This document shows, piece by piece, positions 61,123-64,000 of a DNA stretch of 64,000 nt; position 1 is the stretch's first letter; every line of letters begins with the position of its first letter. The stretch is from NCBI GenBank assembly GCA_964587475.1, contig CAZPLF010000006.1:1-64000 (forward strand), read 5' to 3'. The notes under the pieces were generated by a model. That model searched no databases. It worked only from the letters and a program-made list of their open reading frames with translations, and was not told the origin of the DNA. The translations under genes were made by a program, and so were the position numbers. This DNA is from an uncultured Mariniplasma sp. (GTDB taxonomy: Bacteria; Bacillota_I; Bacilli_A; Acholeplasmatales; Acholeplasmataceae).

Positions 61123-63255
61123 ATGCAAAAGAAAGTTTATGAAACAACACTAGGCGGTAGAGTTCTACGTGTTGAAACAGGTGAAATGGCGAAGCAAGCT
61201 CATGGCTCAGCTTTGATTTCATACGGTGACTCTACAGTATTAAGTGTTGTAACAGCTAGAAATGAAGCTTCCACACAAGATTTCTTCCCTTTAATGGTAA
61301 TATATCAGGAAAAACTTTATGCAGCTGGAAAAATCCCTGGAGGATTTTTAAGAAGAGAAGGCAGACCATCAGAACATGAAACTTTGACTTCACGTTTAAT
61401 TGATAGACCACTTCGTCCATTATTTCCAGAAGGATTTAAAAATGAAGTTCAAATCATTAATACAGTATTATCAAGTGATCCAGAATGTACAACTGAAATG
61501 GCAGCATTATTGGGTTCATCCCTAGTACTTGGTCTTTCAAACATTCCATTCAATGGACCAATAGCTGGTGTACAAATCGGTAGAGTAGATGGTGAGTTTG
61601 TAATTAATCCTACACCTGATCAATTGTTAACAAGTGACTTAGATTTGATTGTTACAGGTACTAAGACTGCAATCAATATGGTTGAAGCTGGTGCTAAACA
61701 AGTTGATGAAGAAACCATTTTATCAGCAATTATGTTTGGTCATGAAATCATTAAAGAACTTATTGCTTTTCAAGAAAAGATTTTAGCTGATTTCGATATA
61801 GTTAAGATGGATTATGATGATTTTGCAGTTGATGATGCTGTTAGTAGCGAAGTTAATCAATATGCAAAAGATCGTTTGATTAAAGCAGTATCAATCTTTG
61901 ATAAGCTTGAAAGATATCATGCCATTGATGCAATATCTGAAGAAACAATTGAACATTTCGAAAAGAAATCATTCTTTAAACTGATTGATGGTGTTAAAGT
62001 ATTTGACGAAAAAGCGCAAAAAACATATCTTGCACAAGTTAAAAAAATGGTAGATAGTATTGTTACAGCTGAAGTTAGACGTTTAATCACTCAAGATAAA
62101 GTACGTCCCGATGGACGTAAGGTTGATGAAATCAGACCATTATCATCACGTGTTGATGTGTTGCCTAGAACTCATGGATCAAGCTTGTTCACCAGAGGTC
62201 AAACTCAAGCATTAGGTGTTGTTACATTAGGTGCCTTAGGTGAAAACCAGATCATTGACGGTTTAGGACTTGATGATGTAAAGAGATTTATGTTACATTA
62301 TAATTTTCCACCATTTAGTGTTGGTGAAACCGGACGCTATGGTTTTGTTGGACGTCGTGAAGTAGGACATGGAGCATTGGGCGAACGTGCCTTGTTACAG
62401 GTTTTACCAAACGAAGAAGAATTCCCATATACCATTCGTATCGTATCTGAAATTCTAGAATCTAATGGTTCAAGTTCCCAAGCAACTATTTGTGCCGGTA
62501 CAATGGCATTGATGGCAGCTGGTGTTCCAATTAAAGCTCCAGTTGCAGGTATTGCTATGGGTTTGATTAAAGAAGGCGATTATTACACCATTTTATCAGA
62601 CATTCAAGGCATGGAAGATCATGAAGGCGATATGGATTTCAAGGTTGCTGGCACTGAAACAGGTATTACTGCCTTACAAATGGATATTAAGATTTCAGGT
62701 ATCACCGAACAAATTTTAAGAGAAGCACTTGAACAAGCACGTTTAAGTAGATTACATATCTTAAAGCATATGTTGGAAACAATTCCAGCAGTTGCTCCTG
62801 ACTTATCAAAATTTGCTCCAAAAGTTAAACTTATTACAATCAATCCAGATAAAATCAGAGATGTTATTGGTGCTGGCGGAAAAATTATCACTAAGATTAT
62901 CGAGGATAACAATGGTGTTAAAATTGATATCAGTCAAGATGGTAAAGTCATTTTAATGCATATGGAAACTAAATGGATTGAAAGTGCCGCTCAACGCATC
63001 ATGGATTTAGTCCGTGAAGCAGAAGTAGGTAAGATTTATGAAGGTAAAGTCACTCGCATTGAAAAATTTGGTTGTTTCGTAGAATTATGGCCTGGAACAG
63101 AAGGTTTGGTTCATATCTCACGTCTTGCAAAAGAACGTGTCGAAAAAGTCGAATCAGTCGTGTCGCTTGGTGATCAAATTCTTGTTAAGTGTATTGGAAT
63201 TGATGATAAAGGCCGTGTGGATCTTTCTAGAAAAGATGCATTGTCAGCTAAGTAA
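61123..63255 (+). CDS. pnp: Polynucleotide phosphorylase
   Basis: Two RNase PH domains followed by KH and S1 domains. 710 aa. Confidence 0.95.
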   Translation: MQKKVYETTLGGRVLRVETGEMAKQAHGSALISYGDSTVLSVVTARNEASTQDFFPLMVIYQEKLYAAGKIPGGFLRREGRPSEHETLTSRLIDRPLRPLFPEGFKNEVQIINTVLSSDPECTTEMAALLGSSLVLGLSNIPFNGPIAGVQIGRVDGEFVINPTPDQLLTSDLDLIVTGTKTAINMVEAGAKQVDEETILSAIMFGHEIIKELIAFQEKILADFDIVKMDYDDFAVDDAVSSEVNQYAKDRLIKAVSIFDKLERYHAIDAISEETIEHFEKKSFFKLIDGVKVFDEKAQKTYLAQVKKMVDSIVTAEVRRLITQDKVRPDGRKVDEIRPLSSRVDVLPRTHGSSLFTRGQTQALGVVTLGALGENQIIDGLGLDDVKRFMLHYNFPPFSVGETGRYGFVGRREVGHGALGERALLQVLPNEEEFPYTIRIVSEILESNGSSSQATICAGTMALMAAGVPIKAPVAGIAMGLIKEGDYYTILSDIQGMEDHEGDMDFKVAGTETGITALQMDIKISGITEQILREALEQARLSRLHILKHMLETIPAVAPDLSKFAPKVKLITINPDKIRDVIGAGGKIITKIIEDNNGVKIDISQDGKVILMHMETKWIESAAQRIMDLVREAEVGKIYEGKVTRIEKFGCFVELWPGTEGLVHISRLAKERVEKVESVVSLGDQILVKCIGIDDKGRVDLSRKDALSAK

Positions 63256-63328
63256 AGATTAAATGGCTTAAGATAAATAACTTTAAAATAATGATATAAT
63301 AGAAGTATAGATTGAAAGGAGAATAACA

Positions 63329-63928
63329 ATGAATTTAGAATTAAGAGTAGATCCTATTCGAAAAGTCCGTAGTGAAAATAAAGTTCCAGGGGTTATGTAT
63401 GGAACGTCCTTCAAATCAACATCAATTCAAGTTGACGAAAAGGAATTAAAAGAAGCGCTAAAAACACATGGCAAAAATATGACCTTTAAGGTTAAATTAG
63501 AGGGAAAACAACATTTTGCTTATATTCAACATGTCAAAACACTCGTGCTTAAACCTCATGACATCATTCATTTTGACTTGCGCTGTGTTGGAGCAAAAGA
63601 AATGGTTTCTGCAATGATTCCAGTAGTGCTTATTGGTAAAGAAGTATTCCATAAAACTGCACTTTACCCACAAGAAACACTGACTGAAATTGAAGCAGAA
63701 TATTTACCAGGTTATGGTGTTTCTAAGATTGAAATAGATGTTTCTAAGTTAAAACTTGGTGACTCCGTTAGAGTCAAAGATTTAGTTCTTGAACAGCACA
63801 TTCATGTTTTAGAAGATCCAGAACAAGCAATTGTCACTATCAAGGAAATTCATATTAAAGTTGAAGAAGAAGTTGATGAAGATCTTGAATCAGATGATGA
63901 AAGCGAAGAAGAAACCGTTGTTGAGTAA
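63329..63928 (+). CDS. ctc: 50S ribosomal protein L25 / general stress protein Ctc
   Basis: L25 beta-barrel N-domain and an acidic C-terminal tail. Confidence 0.85.
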   Translation: MNLELRVDPIRKVRSENKVPGVMYGTSFKSTSIQVDEKELKEALKTHGKNMTFKVKLEGKQHFAYIQHVKTLVLKPHDIIHFDLRCVGAKEMVSAMIPVVLIGKEVFHKTALYPQETLTEIEAEYLPGYGVSKIEIDVSKLKLGDSVRVKDLVLEQHIHVLEDPEQAIVTIKEIHIKVEEEVDEDLESDDESEEETVVE

Positions 63929-64000
63929 GTAAAGAGTACCTTGTTGTATTAATTACTTTATGATATAATGTCTTTTGTCAGTGGAAGGTGATCGAGCCTA

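Noticed and set aside
63929-64000. A promoter-like TATGATATAAT followed by GTCAGTGGAAGGTGATCGAGCCTA at the window edge, which might start an RNA gene
   Set aside because: The window ends before any structure can be assessed.

Overview
This looks like a low-GC Firmicutes chromosome segment, Bacillus-like in synteny, and almost entirely coding. Most of it is housekeeping. The 5' end carries queT-tgt, then a cell-division remnant (ftsZ, ychF, yggS, sepF) followed by ileS behind a T-box. Further along are a relA-dtd block, a second T-box driving a GNAT acetyltransferase with hisS and aspS, and an rpsO/pnp/L25 region. The standout is a roughly 10.7 kb island at about 12.46-23.16 kb. It encodes a complete bacterial microcompartment (BMC) locus of the sugar-phosphate-utilising (SPU) kind, built around deoxyribose-5-phosphate aldolase (DeoC). 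The island opens with a LacI-family regulator and continues with a TIM paralog, an unknown protein, a CoA-acylating aldehyde dehydrogenase, a PduS-like flavo-FeS protein and a PduT-like tandem BMC shell protein. Then come four tandem BMC-H shell genes, DeoC, three divergent BMC-P vertex genes interleaved with RpiB, and finally Pta. DeoC, TIM and the aldehyde dehydrogenase each carry an N-terminal extension that resembles an encapsulation peptide. No alcohol dehydrogenase is present. The island sits between two genes for the subunits of an M16 peptidase pair, and nucleoside-catabolism genes (deoD upstream; pdp and an AlkP-family enzyme downstream) lie nearby. Regulatory RNAs seen directly in sequence are two T-box leaders, a TPP riboswitch ahead of a ThiT-like transporter, and a probable preQ1-I riboswitch ahead of queT. 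All calls rest on reading the translated ORFs and motifs by eye. No database search was run.
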